From: Candidatus Omnitrophota bacterium
Lineage (GTDB): Bacteria > Omnitrophota > Gorgyraeia > Zapsychrales > Zapsychraceae
Assembly: GCA_035292445.1 (NCBI GenBank)
Contig: DATDQB010000001.1
Coordinates: 7,530-71,529, forward strand
Length of the DNA stretch: 64,000 nt
Direction of reading: 5' to 3'
Position 1 is the first letter of the stretch; each line of letters opens with the position of its first letter. A program made the translations under genes and the position numbers. The notes under the pieces are model-generated. The model was not told the DNA's origin. It ran no database searches and worked only from the letters and a program-made list of their open reading frames with translations. Positions 46,503 to 56,771 of the stretch are shown one piece after another.

Positions 46503-47136
46503 TAAGCTCCTCTAACGTTACGGCCTCTTCGATCGTGAATGACCCCACCTTCATGCGTTCAATCTGGGATATACAGGCGCCGCAACCTAAAACTTTGCCC
46601 ACATCTTCAGCCAATTGCCGGACATACGTTCCCTTAGAACACTCCAAATAAAATGTCACATGGGGCTTCTGAAAAGATTGCACTTGCAAGCGATGGATCG
46701 TCACAAAGCGCGGCTCCCGCTCCACCTCAATGCCCTTTCTGGCCAATTCATAGAGCTTCTTTCCTTTCCTTTTGATCGCTGATACCATCGGCGGGATTTG
46801 TTCGATACGGCCGTGAAAACGCCCAAAAACTTTTTCGATATCCTCTTTGGCAATATGGTCATAGGGGGCTGTCTGCGTAACCTTTCCCTCGATGTCAGCC
46901 GAGGTCGTTGACATCCCCAAGATCAGGGTGGCTCGATACGCTTTATCCAACCCGACGAATTTCTCAAATAACTTGGTCGACTTGCCTAAAAGAATCACCA
47001 AAACACCGGTCGCCAGCGGATCCAGCGTCCCCGCATGCCCAACGCGTTTAATCCGGAATTTTCTGCGGATAAAGGCCACCACATCATGCGAGGTCAATCC
47101 CTTCGGTTTATTAATAACGATAATACCTTCCATCAA
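46456..47136 (-). CDS. truB: tRNA pseudouridine(55) synthase
   Basis: GIIVINKPKGLTSHDVV...GHAGTLDPLATGVL. Confidence 0.92.
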   Translation of the reverse strand: MMEGIIVINKPKGLTSHDVVAFIRRKFRIKRVGHAGTLDPLATGVLVILLGKSTKLFEKFVGLDKAYRATLILGMSTTSADIEGKVTQTAPYDHIAKEDIEKVFGRFHGRIEQIPPMVSAIKRKGKKLYELARKGIEVEREPRFVTIHRLQVQSFQKPHVTFYLECSKGTYVRQLAEDVGKVLGCGACISQIERMKVGSFTIEEAVTLEELNESHIQHWQGQESYT

Positions 47137-48092
47137 ATCATTTCCTTTACTTTACCCAGCACGAGCCGGCGTGCCGTTTTTATATTACGATCAATCGTGC
47201 ACCCGCTGGCGTTATGATGCCCGCCGCCTTTAAAGAAATGGGCCAGTGTGGCCACGTTGACCTTTCCGGAAGAACGAAAATTAACGCGTGTCTGATTTTG
47301 TTTAACTTGCGACAATATCACAACGACCTCAACGCCCTTGATAGAACGTAAAAATTTGAAAATAGTATCCCGCAGATCAAAGCCTTCTGAGAATGCAGAG
47401 AGAATATCCTTATGCAACTCGATGCACAGCACCTTGCCTCGCAAGAGGGTGTCAAAACGGTTCACCACCTCGACAAAATGCTCCATATCCGATAAAGGGA
47501 TCATCTCGTAAAATCTCTGATAAAGTTTGGCAGCGGAAAATTTAAACCGCCGTAATCGGGAGGCGATTTCATGCGTTCGGGCGCTTGTGTTATCGTATCG
47601 AAATGACCCTGTGTCCGTCATGATTCCCGAATAAAGATGAAGAGCTACCGTAGCGTTCAAAGTAAACTTGGCTTCCCTCAGAAGGTCAAACAAGATTTCG
47701 CATGTAGAAGACGCTTTCGGCGCGACCAGATTGACATGGCCGAAGCGGTCATTGGTTAAGTGATGATCGATATTGACGATGATTGTGGATTTTTGAACGG
47801 CCTGCCGGACCCGGCCTATCCGGTCCAATTCGCCGCAATCGACGATCAAAGCCACCTGTGCGCTGGCTTGACCCCTTTCGCTGCAAACCTTTATCTGCTT
47901 TGCCCCGGGAAGAAAAAGAAACCGCTCAGGCACCTTTTCATTATTGACGATATGCGCCTTCTTGCCGATCGATTTAAGATAGAAATATAGCGCTAGCTCC
48001 GAACATAACGCGTCCGGGTCGGGGTTGACATGCGTGCTGATCAGGAAAGTCTTGTGTTTCCTGATGACCGCCAATGTTTTCTTAAGGTTCAT
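47133..48092 (-). CDS. nrnA: DHH-family phosphoesterase (NrnA-like oligoribonuclease / pAp phosphatase)
   Basis: DPDALCS and IVNIDHHLTND (DHH motif), plus a GGGH-containing DHHA1 region. Confidence 0.85.
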   Translation of the reverse strand: MNLKKTLAVIRKHKTFLISTHVNPDPDALCSELALYFYLKSIGKKAHIVNNEKVPERFLFLPGAKQIKVCSERGQASAQVALIVDCGELDRIGRVRQAVQKSTIIVNIDHHLTNDRFGHVNLVAPKASSTCEILFDLLREAKFTLNATVALHLYSGIMTDTGSFRYDNTSARTHEIASRLRRFKFSAAKLYQRFYEMIPLSDMEHFVEVVNRFDTLLRGKVLCIELHKDILSAFSEGFDLRDTIFKFLRSIKGVEVVVILSQVKQNQTRVNFRSSGKVNVATLAHFFKGGGHHNASGCTIDRNIKTARRLVLGKVKEMI

Positions 48093-48423
48093 CCTGTAAC
48101 TCCTGAATGGTCTTTTCTATTTGAGCGCCATGAGCAATACTTTCGTCATAGATAAAGATCAACTCCGGCGTGAATCTCATTTCCAACCGGGCCGCCAATT
48201 GCTTGCGAATGATCCCGCGGGCTTTATCAAGGCCTTGCTGGGCCAATTGAACTTTAGCCTCATCGCCAAGAACGCTGTAATAGACCCTCGCCGTTTTTAA
48301 ATCTTTGCTGACAACGGCATGGGTGATGGAAACAAACATCAATCGGGGATCGGATAACTCTCGGTGGACAATTTCCCCAATATGGCGCTTGGTTTGTTCA
48401 TTAACCCTCTCCATCCGTCCCAT
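48082..48423 (-). CDS. rbfA: Ribosome-binding factor A
   Basis: RVNEQTKRHIGEIV...VSITHAVVSKDLKTARVYYSVLG. 113 aa. Confidence 0.9.
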   Translation of the reverse strand: MGRMERVNEQTKRHIGEIVHRELSDPRLMFVSITHAVVSKDLKTARVYYSVLGDEAKVQLAQQGLDKARGIIRKQLAARLEMRFTPELIFIYDESIAHGAQIEKTIQELQDEP

Positions 48424-48440
48424 GGGCTCAATCCTTTCTT

Positions 48441-49706
48441 TTATCTTAAAACAAATTCCTTCGCTGCCTTTAATTCCTGAGACTTGGTTCGCAGGTTACT
48501 GTCCATCTTACGGTACAAAACTTCTTTAAGAACAAACCCGATTCTTTGGCCCGATGGGACGCCAAGGCGCTTAAGATCATGCCCGCTGATCCGAAGCGAC
48601 ATCCGGCAAAGATCCTTTAAATAACGCTCAATCCGCTGATGAACCCTGTCATGCGAAGCGCAGGCATGAACATATAATATCGTATCCGATGGATATTTCT
48701 TCAAAATTTTGTAAATTTGGCTATTCGTCAGTATTTTTTTGGAAAGTGTTTTTTTGATTCTTGCCGCCTCCTGCGAGACCAAAATAGCCTTTTCATATTC
48801 TTTCTTGATCTGTATTTCTTTTAATAAACGCTTTAACGATCCTGTCTGTACATCCTCTAAGACCGCCATTAAATACAATAGCCACCAGCGCTCATAATTC
48901 CTGTAAAAAGAATACGTCTTTAATTGTTTCATACGATTATAAAGGACCTTTAACCGCTCCCAACGAGGACGGATTGTTACCCCCGCGATCTGTACCGCGT
49001 TGAGCCTTAAAAGGCGCTGAAGCGGTGCGCAAGGGTCATCTTCCATCAATATTTTCTTGAACTCCACAAAATAACGGGGCGCGGTAACGGTCAAATAGGC
49101 TCTTTTGTTCAACGCCTCTTGAAGCAACTTTTTTGTTTTAGCTTCGAGCCTGAACGCTAAGCGCTCCTCGAACCGCACCGCCCGCAAGATCCTCGTTGGG
49201 TCATCGATAAAACTTTTATCGTGGAAAACCCGGATCCTTCCCTTTGACAGATCCTCCAACCCGCCGCAGACATCGATCAGCGCACCAAAAGAATCGGGAT
49301 GGATCGAAAGCGCCAGGGCATTAACGGTAAAATCCCGTCGCAACAGATCGTCTTTTAAGCTGCCCGCCCTCACGGTGGGAAGCGCACCCGGGCGCGCATA
49401 AGTTTCCCAACGTGCGCCGGCAAAATCGATACGCCGCCCTTTTTTATCATAAAGGGTCGCCGTCTTATAGACCTGATGGATGACGGGCCTGGCCTTCAAA
49501 AGTTTTGCCATGCGCGCAACCAGCGCAAAATTATCGCCTTCCACCGCAATGTCCAGATCCAGATTGGGCCGCTTCAATATCAGATCGCGGACAATGCCTC
49601 CCACCAAATACGCTTTCAGGCCAAGCTTTTGGGCTTGCCGGCCGATAACGCGCACGATACGGTAACGCTCTTGGTCCAGCGATGTCAAAAAATTTCTTTT
49701 AACCAC
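48441..49706 (-). CDS. tRNA nucleotidyltransferase / poly(A) polymerase family protein (CCA-adding-enzyme head domain)
   Basis: AYLVGGIVRDLILKRPNLDLDIAVEGD and RRDFTVNALAL motifs. Confidence 0.85.
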   Translation of the reverse strand: MVKRNFLTSLDQERYRIVRVIGRQAQKLGLKAYLVGGIVRDLILKRPNLDLDIAVEGDNFALVARMAKLLKARPVIHQVYKTATLYDKKGRRIDFAGARWETYARPGALPTVRAGSLKDDLLRRDFTVNALALSIHPDSFGALIDVCGGLEDLSKGRIRVFHDKSFIDDPTRILRAVRFEERLAFRLEAKTKKLLQEALNKRAYLTVTAPRYFVEFKKILMEDDPCAPLQRLLRLNAVQIAGVTIRPRWERLKVLYNRMKQLKTYSFYRNYERWWLLYLMAVLEDVQTGSLKRLLKEIQIKKEYEKAILVSQEAARIKKTLSKKILTNSQIYKILKKYPSDTILYVHACASHDRVHQRIERYLKDLCRMSLRISGHDLKRLGVPSGQRIGFVLKEVLYRKMDSNLRTKSQELKAAKEFVLR

Positions 49707-50586
49707 GGGGATGGAACTCCTTGTGGATGGATTTCAAGCGCTCTTTATCGACGTGAGTGTAAATTTGAGTCGTTGAAATATCGGCATGTCCCAGCATTTC
49801 CTGGACGGAGCGCAGATCCGCGCCGTGTTCCAATAAATGGGTGGCGAAGGAATGCCGCAGCGTGTGCGGCTTGATCACTTTTTTGATGTTGGCCTTACGG
49901 GCGTATTGCTTGATGATCTTCCAGATGCTTTGGCGGCTGATCTTTTTGCCCAAACGGCTTAAAAAAAGCGTCATATTCATCTCATCTTTTACCTGCTTTT
50001 TCCTTATATCGCGGCAATAGCGCTCAACCGCTTCCCTAGCTCTCTTGCCAATAGGGATAATCCGCTCTTTTCTTCCTTTACCGATGCAACGCACATATCC
50101 CAATTCCAGATTGACGCTGTCCAGCTTTAGATTGACCAGCTCCGACACGCGCATGCCGCTGGCGTAAAAAAGCTCAAGGATCGCTTTATCGCGGATCGCC
50201 TGCCACCTTCTGCCTTTGGTGGCATCGATGATCGCTTCAATCTCTTGCGTCGTCAACACATCGGGGACTTTTTTCCAGAGTTTTGGCGTATCGACCAGGC
50301 TGGTCGGGTCTTCCTTGGCAAGGCGTTCGCGCACCAAGAACTTATGGAATGTTTTAAGGGCCGCCAGCGCCCGGCAGATGGAATTGGTGGATAAATCCTG
50401 CCTTTTTTGGTCATACATAAAATTGGAGATATGGTTGCGGCTGATATAACTCAAGTCTTTAACACCCTGATGGTCCAGATAGGAAATGTATTTATTTAAA
50501 TCCCGCCGGTAGGCCAGAAGCGTATTTTGCGACAGGCCCCTCTCGACCGCTAAATAATCGATGAACTCTTCAATATAATGCTTCAT
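49699..50586 (-). CDS. xerD: Site-specific tyrosine recombinase XerC/XerD family
   Basis: HTLRHSFATHLLEHGADLRSVQEMLGHADISTTQIYTHV, with the catalytic RHRH and Tyr. Confidence 0.88.
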   Translation of the reverse strand: MKHYIEEFIDYLAVERGLSQNTLLAYRRDLNKYISYLDHQGVKDLSYISRNHISNFMYDQKRQDLSTNSICRALAALKTFHKFLVRERLAKEDPTSLVDTPKLWKKVPDVLTTQEIEAIIDATKGRRWQAIRDKAILELFYASGMRVSELVNLKLDSVNLELGYVRCIGKGRKERIIPIGKRAREAVERYCRDIRKKQVKDEMNMTLFLSRLGKKISRQSIWKIIKQYARKANIKKVIKPHTLRHSFATHLLEHGADLRSVQEMLGHADISTTQIYTHVDKERLKSIHKEFHPRG

Positions 50587-51092
50587 TCTTTTTCTTCCCC
50601 GAAAATCAATGCCGAATTCAGCTCATTACGCCCAAGGCTTTCCATCCGTCTCAAACGGCTCTCCATCAGCTGTTGATTGCGCATCACTTCCGGCTTATCC
50701 AGTTCTTTCGAAACGACTTCCCCATCGGCCAGCATTTGGTCCACTTTGGCGGCATATTCCTGCGGTATCCAACGCTTCATATCCTGCAACTGTTGAATGA
50801 TCTGAGAGAGGATGTATTTCTTGCGCTTATCCATGGCGTTTTCCGACAAATGTTGCCGCAGATCCTTGTTCCACACCTGCCACATGGAATAATGGTACTC
50901 ATACTTCTCCCGAGCGGAAATAAGAGACGGCGGATAATCAATAGGGTCCAAGACGGGAATGAATTCCTCCTTCTTCAGTTCTTTTTTCTTTCGGGTAAAT
51001 TTCTTTCTCAATGGTTCGCAGCCGCAAAAAACCAAAGAAACAACCAAGAGGCAGCTGATAGGTACCAACAATCTTTGATGACGCTTATGCAT
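50583..51092 (-). CDS. Hypothetical lipoprotein
   Basis: Lipobox LVFCGC after a signal sequence. The mature part is charged and helical with no recognisable motif. Confidence 0.5.
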   Translation of the reverse strand: MHKRHQRLLVPISCLLVVSLVFCGCEPLRKKFTRKKKELKKEEFIPVLDPIDYPPSLISAREKYEYHYSMWQVWNKDLRQHLSENAMDKRKKYILSQIIQQLQDMKRWIPQEYAAKVDQMLADGEVVSKELDKPEVMRNQQLMESRLRRMESLGRNELNSALIFGEEKE

Positions 51093-53100
51093 GGATGAGC
51101 TCCTTGAACTCGTTTTCGTTTAATATGGTTACGCCTAAACTTTTGGCCTTTTCATACTTTGACCCCGGCGCATTTCCCGCCACCACATAATCGGTGTTTT
51201 TACTGACGCTTGAGATGACGTCGCCTCCTAAAGAACGGACCAGCTCAACGGCTTCCTGCCGGGACAATGACGCCAGCTCGCCGGTAAAGACAAATTTTTT
51301 ATTCTCCAACTTGTTCGACCTTACTTTACTTACCGGCTCACGGAAATTAACCCCTGCCTTCCTGAATTTCTCGATCAGCCTTTTCGTTGATTCCAAATGA
51401 AATGTATTCTCAACAGATTCAGCAATGGCCTCGCCCACTTCAGAAGTTTCCTGCAATTGTGCGACTTTAGCATTCATTAATTTTTCCAATGTTTGGTACT
51501 TTCTCGCAAGGACAGAGGCCACCTTTTCCCCCACATGCATGATCCCGAAACCGAAAATGAACCGTGACAGCGGCTGTTTCTTGCTGTTTTCGATTGATCG
51601 GATCAAATTGTCCGTTTTTTTATCGGCGAAAAGTTCCAATTTTAACAAATCCTCTTTCTTTAAAAAATAAATATCCGCCAGATCCTTGGCCAACTTATGC
51701 TCTAACAGTTGTTGGACAACGCTTTCCCCGAGCCCTTCGATATCCATGGCCGAGCGCGAGGCGAAATGCAGCAACCGCCTTTCCAATTGTTTGCGACAAG
51801 AAGGATTGTCGCATCGATAAGCCACTTCCCCTTCCTTTTCTTTGATAACCGGCCCGCCGCATTCAGGGCATTTTTTGGGAACGCTGAAGGATTTGGCTTG
51901 TTTCTTGCCGGATTCGACCACCTTAATGATCTTCGGGATCACATCGCCGGCGCGCTCAATAAGCACCCGGTCGCCGACCTTGACATTCAAACGCTTGATC
52001 TCATCAAAATTATGCAGCGTCGCTCTCGAAATCGTCACCCCGCCGCAAAAAACAGGCTTTAAGTTGGCCACCGGCGTCAAAACGCCCGTACGCCCGACCT
52101 GCACATCAATACTGTCAACAACCGTTGTCGCCTGGTACGCGGGAAACTTATACGCAACCGCCCAGCGAGGGCTTTTCGAGGTCTCTCCCAACGTCTGCTG
52201 CGCGGTAAGATCATTGACCTTCACCACAACGCCGTCAACTTCATAAGGCAATGATTCCCGTTTCTGCTGGGCTTTTTGACAATAATCCACCACTTCTTCG
52301 AACGAACCGCAGACTCGGCTTTCTTTGTTCACCGGCAATCCCCACTTCCGGCACTGGCTCAAAAATTCATCCTGCGTCTTCAAATGCCGCCCGCCCTCCA
52401 TGACACCGAAAGAATGGATGAAACATTTAAGATTGCGTTTGGCGGTAATGCGCGAATCCAGTAATTTTAAAGAACCGCTGGTCGCATTACGCGGATTAAC
52501 GAACAAGACCTCCCCCTCTTTTTTTCGTTGGCGGTTTAATTCTTCGAATTCACGGCGGTCCATAAAAATCTCGCCGCGGACATCCAGCACGTCCGGCATG
52601 CCTTTGACAGTATCCGCCTTTAATTTCAAAGGAATGGAACGAATGGTTCTGAGGCTATGCGTGATGACTTCTCCCGTTATCCCATCCCCCCGGGTCGCTC
52701 CCAGCACAAATTGCCCTTTCTCATACGTCAATGAGGCGCTCACGCCGTCGATCTTAAACTCGACCGTATAATCAACGCTGTCACGCTCCAACCCTTTTAA
52801 GACCCGTTCATGCCATTTCTTCAGCTCATCGATGTTGTATGTATTATCCAGGGAATACATCTTGGCCTTGTGCGGTACGGTTTTATCCGCCGAGGCTATC
52901 TTGGTGCCGACGCGTTGGCTGGGAGAATTGGGATCGATGTATTCCGGAAATTTTTCCTCCAGCTTGATGAGTTCTTTCAAAAGCTCATCGTATTCTTTAT
53001 CGGAAACGGTCGGTTGAGAAAGAACATAATAATTGTAATTATGTTTTTCGATCTCTTGCGATAAACGCGCGATTTCTTTCTTAGCTTGTTGTTTGTCCAT
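51085..53100 (-). CDS. ligA: NAD-dependent DNA ligase
   Basis: 671 aa. The adenylation KxDG motif (VEFKIDGVS), the four-Cys zinc finger (CPECGGP...CDNPSC) and a BRCT tail are all present. Confidence 0.93.
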   Translation of the reverse strand: MDKQQAKKEIARLSQEIEKHNYNYYVLSQPTVSDKEYDELLKELIKLEEKFPEYIDPNSPSQRVGTKIASADKTVPHKAKMYSLDNTYNIDELKKWHERVLKGLERDSVDYTVEFKIDGVSASLTYEKGQFVLGATRGDGITGEVITHSLRTIRSIPLKLKADTVKGMPDVLDVRGEIFMDRREFEELNRQRKKEGEVLFVNPRNATSGSLKLLDSRITAKRNLKCFIHSFGVMEGGRHLKTQDEFLSQCRKWGLPVNKESRVCGSFEEVVDYCQKAQQKRESLPYEVDGVVVKVNDLTAQQTLGETSKSPRWAVAYKFPAYQATTVVDSIDVQVGRTGVLTPVANLKPVFCGGVTISRATLHNFDEIKRLNVKVGDRVLIERAGDVIPKIIKVVESGKKQAKSFSVPKKCPECGGPVIKEKEGEVAYRCDNPSCRKQLERRLLHFASRSAMDIEGLGESVVQQLLEHKLAKDLADIYFLKKEDLLKLELFADKKTDNLIRSIENSKKQPLSRFIFGFGIMHVGEKVASVLARKYQTLEKLMNAKVAQLQETSEVGEAIAESVENTFHLESTKRLIEKFRKAGVNFREPVSKVRSNKLENKKFVFTGELASLSRQEAVELVRSLGGDVISSVSKNTDYVVAGNAPGSKYEKAKSLGVTILNENEFKELIHA

Positions 53101-53105
53101 GGCTT

Positions 53106-53831
53106 TTACTGCCCTATCGACAGACGATGCGCCAAAAGCTCCGGCAATCCGGCTTCCATGATCCTGTTTTGGGCTGAGGTTATGTCATAAGCTACACGCT
53201 TGATCTCAACAGTTTTTAAATCAGGGTCATAAATGCAATAAGTAGCCTGGGGATTTCCGTCCCTCGGCTGGCCCACGCTTCCGACATTAATGAGATATTT
53301 ATTCCTGGGGTCGACCTCGATCTTAAGGCTGTTGGCGTAATTCGTTTTACCGCCTCTGTGGACCATGATCCCGGGAACGTGCGTGTGGCCGATAAAACAA
53401 AGATTCTTGTCCATCAAATAAAACGTATCCATCGCTAAATTAATGTCAGTGACATAAATAAATCGTTCGGGAGCATTCAAAGAACCGTGTACCATGATAA
53501 AATCGCTGTGATGGTGAACCAGCGGGAGCGCGCCCAAAAACTTAATTTCATTATCCGAGAGGTTTTTTTTCGTCCAACTAACGGCTTCCTGCGCCATGGG
53601 ATTAAAGTCGCGCGTATCCTCTTTGCCCGCAACGGCCCAATCATGGTTACCGGCGACCACCTTGGCCTTGATCCTTTTCATTTCCTCGATGCATTCACGC
53701 GGATTAGCCCCGTAACCGACAATATCCCCCGCGCAAAAATAGTGACGCACCCCCTCTTCCCGGCACGCTTTTAAAACAGCGCTCAAGGCCTCTAAGTTGC
53801 CGTGGATATCGGAAAAAATGCCATACCGCAT
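53106..53831 (-). CDS. Metallophosphoesterase (calcineurin-like, YfcE/MJ0936 family)
   Basis: GIFSDIHGN...CAGDIVGYG...GNHD...GHTH metal-binding motifs. Confidence 0.85.
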   Translation of the reverse strand: MRYGIFSDIHGNLEALSAVLKACREEGVRHYFCAGDIVGYGANPRECIEEMKRIKAKVVAGNHDWAVAGKEDTRDFNPMAQEAVSWTKKNLSDNEIKFLGALPLVHHHSDFIMVHGSLNAPERFIYVTDINLAMDTFYLMDKNLCFIGHTHVPGIMVHRGGKTNYANSLKIEVDPRNKYLINVGSVGQPRDGNPQATYCIYDPDLKTVEIKRVAYDITSAQNRIMEAGLPELLAHRLSIGQ

Positions 53832-53839
53832 GAAATCCC

Positions 53840-54109
53840 TTAATAAACGATCTGAAAATCTTTGAATTGCCCTTTGGCCTTATCCCATTCGATTCTTTTA
53901 TCGCGGATGTAACCTTCGAAATGTTCCTCCAGCATCCGGCAGAATTTATTGATGGATTCTTCCTCGCCTTCAGCGAGCAGCTCAACACGCCCATCAGGAA
54001 GGTTCTTGGCCCAGCCGGTCAGATTAAATTCTGCCGCAAAGGATCGGGTGGTGAACCGAAAGCCGATTCCCTGCACCATTCCGGAATAAAATATATGGGC
54101 CTGCTTCAT
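53840..54109 (-). CDS. acyP: Acylphosphatase
   Basis: Motif VQGIGFR...GWAKN. The likely start is the ATG at 54109 (the track uses a GTG at 54121). Confidence 0.85.
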   Translation of the reverse strand: MKQAHIFYSGMVQGIGFRFTTRSFAAEFNLTGWAKNLPDGRVELLAEGEEESINKFCRMLEEHFEGYIRDKRIEWDKAKGQFKDFQIVY

Positions 54110-54132
54110 GAAGCTTACCACAAAATAAAAAA

Positions 54133-54206
54133 TCGGGGCGGACGGTTTCGAACCGTCGACCTCAACGTCCCGAACGTTGCGCGCTAGCCAGCTGCGCTAC
54201 GCCCCG
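54133..54206 (-). tRNA. tRNA-Pro (anticodon CGG)
   Basis: Minus strand CGGGGCGTAGCGCAGCTGGCTAGCGCGCAACGTTCGGGACGTTGAGGTCGACGGTTCGAAACCGTCCGCCCCGA folds as a cloverleaf. Anticodon loop TTCGGGA. No CCA encoded. Confidence 0.85.
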
Positions 54207-54333
54207 ATAATTTGAATTTATGTAGTTAACAATAAATTCGAAAGATTAGTTTAGCATCAATGAAAAGTTTCGTCAACGAATTGGTTGTGCGGTCATAAGT
54301 GGCTGGAGTGTTTGCGGTTAGAACGGTTTATCC

Positions 54334-54768
54334 TTAGATTTCTTTAATGCCGAAGCCAATTTCGGCCTCAGTTACCAGCTTATCCTTGACAAAAGCCTTG
54401 GCCGCAAGAAAACCTGCTTTTTTCATGAACTTGATGGTCTTGATTTCGATACGAAGCTGGTCTCCGGGCACAACCGGATGAATGAACTTGACTTCTGTTT
54501 TGGCCAGATAATACGTGAGCTGTTTGCCTTGCATATTCATGCTGTAATAATAGTAGATGCACCCGGCCTGGGCCATGGCTTCAACGATAAGCACCCCCGG
54601 CATGATCTTCTCATCGGGAAAATGCCCGACGAAATAATGCTCGTTAATGGAAACGTTCTTAATGGCAACCAACTTTTCATTGGGCGTGCACTCGATGACC
54701 TTATCGATCATTAAAAACGGAAAGCGGTGAGGGATGATTTTCTGAATTTCGCGAATATCGAGTTCCAT
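54334..54768 (-). CDS. fabZ: 3-hydroxyacyl-ACP dehydratase
   Basis: HotDog fold. HFPDEKIMPGVLIVEAMAQ motif. Confidence 0.9.
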   Translation of the reverse strand: MELDIREIQKIIPHRFPFLMIDKVIECTPNEKLVAIKNVSINEHYFVGHFPDEKIMPGVLIVEAMAQAGCIYYYYSMNMQGKQLTYYLAKTEVKFIHPVVPGDQLRIEIKTIKFMKKAGFLAAKAFVKDKLVTEAEIGFGIKEI

Positions 54769-54780
54769 GTACGTTTTCCT

Positions 54781-55530
54781 TTATCTTAGGGCCAGACCGC
54801 CGTCAACTTGCAATATTTGTCCGGTTATATACTCAGCCTTTTTGCTTAACAAAAACGCCACGCAATTGGCCACATCTTCGGGGCTGCCAACGCGTTCCAT
54901 CGGAATAAATCGCAATATCTCTTTCCTCTGCTCCTCTTTTAAATGAGCCAATATTTCCGTATCAATGAAGCCGGGCGCGACCGCATTCACCCGGATACCG
55001 AATCCGGCCACTTCTTTGGCCAACGCTTTCGTGAAGGCGTTCATGCCGCCTTTGCTGGCCGAATAATTCGTCTGACCGGCTAAACCTATAATACCACTGA
55101 CCGAAGATATGTTGACAATATTTCCGCTTTTTTGTTTCATAAACGTTACAATGCAGGACTTGCTCGCATGAAACATCCCGTTTAAATTCGTTTCAATGAC
55201 CCTTTTCCAATCCTCTTCGCTCATCATCATGAGCGGCTTATCAATAACAATGCCGGCGTTATTGATCAAAATATCCAAATGACCCAACTCCTCTTTTGTT
55301 TTCTGCACCCATGCCTCGACTTCTTCAAAACTCCCCACATCAACGCAGCTGGCTTTGGCCTTAACTCCCATGCGATGCAACTGTTTCTCTACTTCCAAGG
55401 CGGCCTCTTTATGCGCAACGTAACTAAAGGCAACATGGCAGCCAAACGCTCCTAATTTTAAGGCGATCGCCCGGCCGATACCTCGGGAGCCACCGGTGAT
55501 GAGTGCGACTTTATCTTTTAGCTCATTCAT
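54781..55530 (-). CDS. fabG: 3-oxoacyl-ACP reductase
   Basis: SDR protein with TGGSRGIGRAIA and YSASK motifs. The likely start is MNELKDK at 55530. Confidence 0.88.
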   Translation of the reverse strand: MNELKDKVALITGGSRGIGRAIALKLGAFGCHVAFSYVAHKEAALEVEKQLHRMGVKAKASCVDVGSFEEVEAWVQKTKEELGHLDILINNAGIVIDKPLMMMSEEDWKRVIETNLNGMFHASKSCIVTFMKQKSGNIVNISSVSGIIGLAGQTNYSASKGGMNAFTKALAKEVAGFGIRVNAVAPGFIDTEILAHLKEEQRKEILRFIPMERVGSPEDVANCVAFLLSKKAEYITGQILQVDGGLALR

Positions 55531-56771
55531 GACTTGTACCTTTCTAAAATAACGCAACTGTTGCTGCCGTTAGGGTCGATGCTGTTAATAAGGACATGGT
55601 TCAGCTCGGCTTTGCGCGCTTTATTGGGGACATAATCCAGATCGCAGTCAGGATCTTTTTCCTGATAATTGACCGTCGGTGGGATAAACCCTCCCTGGAT
55701 CGCCCCCAACGCCGCCGATACGGCCATGGCCCCTCCAGCGCTGTATGATTCCCCCACCATGGATTTAACGGCCGTGACGGGAATTTTATACGCGTAGGCA
55801 CCGAACGCTTCTTTGATCGCCTTTGTTTCGGATCTGTCCGCGATCCCCGTCGAGTTGGCATTGGCGAAAATGCAATCGATATCTTCTGGTTTCAAACCGC
55901 CGTTTTGCAACGCATGAAGCATCGCCATCTTAATGCCTATGCCGCTAGGATTATATTTGTTGATCCGGTACGGATCAAAATAATAACCGAAACTTCTTAC
56001 CTCCGCCATAATGTTGGCGCCCCGTTTTTGCGCATGCTCCAGCTCTTCCATGGCCATTAAAACCGCCCCTTCGCTAAAAGTGATCCCATTTCTTCTTTTA
56101 TCAAATGGGCAATTCAGAAACGGCTCCCCCTCTCTTGAGCCGGAGAGGAATTTCAGCAAATGAAAGCCGTAAAATGTCTGGAAACACATCTCCTCAACGG
56201 AACCGGTAAATACGATCTTCACCCGATCGAGCCGTAGAAAATCATAGGCATAACTCATGGCATCGATGCTGGAGGTGAAACCGGTCGCGATCGTTGTATT
56301 GAATCCTTGGATGTTATTCCAGATCGATACTTGAGAAGCCGGCGAATTAATGACCGTATTGGGAAAATGGGCCGGATTCGCGGCCCGCGGCCCTTCTTTG
56401 ATCGTCACCGTATCAAAATCGCTGATACTTTTTAAGCTACCAAACGTTGTCCCGACCGAAACGCCGACATCGTCCGTGTTCTCATCCGTGATCTCAAATC
56501 CCGTATCGGCTACGGCCAATTTAGAAGCGGAAACCAGTAATTTGGTCGCTCGATCCAGCGTCCGCAACCCCTTGGTCCCCATGTAAACCGTCGGATCAAA
56601 ATCACTGACCTCACCGGCGATATTGACCTTGAACTTATCGGTTTCAAAAAGCGTCACCGGCTTATAGCCGACCCGGCCTTCTTTGATGGCCTGCCAGTAT
56701 TCTTCTTTGCCTTTTCCGTTGGGGGCAAGGATTCCCAAACCTGTAAGTACAAAACGCTTTTTCTTATCCAT
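55527..56771 (-). CDS. fabF: Beta-ketoacyl-ACP synthase II
   Basis: 414 aa thiolase-fold KAS. Cys-His-His active-site context. Confidence 0.9.
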   Translation of the reverse strand: MDKKKRFVLTGLGILAPNGKGKEEYWQAIKEGRVGYKPVTLFETDKFKVNIAGEVSDFDPTVYMGTKGLRTLDRATKLLVSASKLAVADTGFEITDENTDDVGVSVGTTFGSLKSISDFDTVTIKEGPRAANPAHFPNTVINSPASQVSIWNNIQGFNTTIATGFTSSIDAMSYAYDFLRLDRVKIVFTGSVEEMCFQTFYGFHLLKFLSGSREGEPFLNCPFDKRRNGITFSEGAVLMAMEELEHAQKRGANIMAEVRSFGYYFDPYRINKYNPSGIGIKMAMLHALQNGGLKPEDIDCIFANANSTGIADRSETKAIKEAFGAYAYKIPVTAVKSMVGESYSAGGAMAVSAALGAIQGGFIPPTVNYQEKDPDCDLDYVPNKARKAELNHVLINSIDPNGSNSCVILERYKS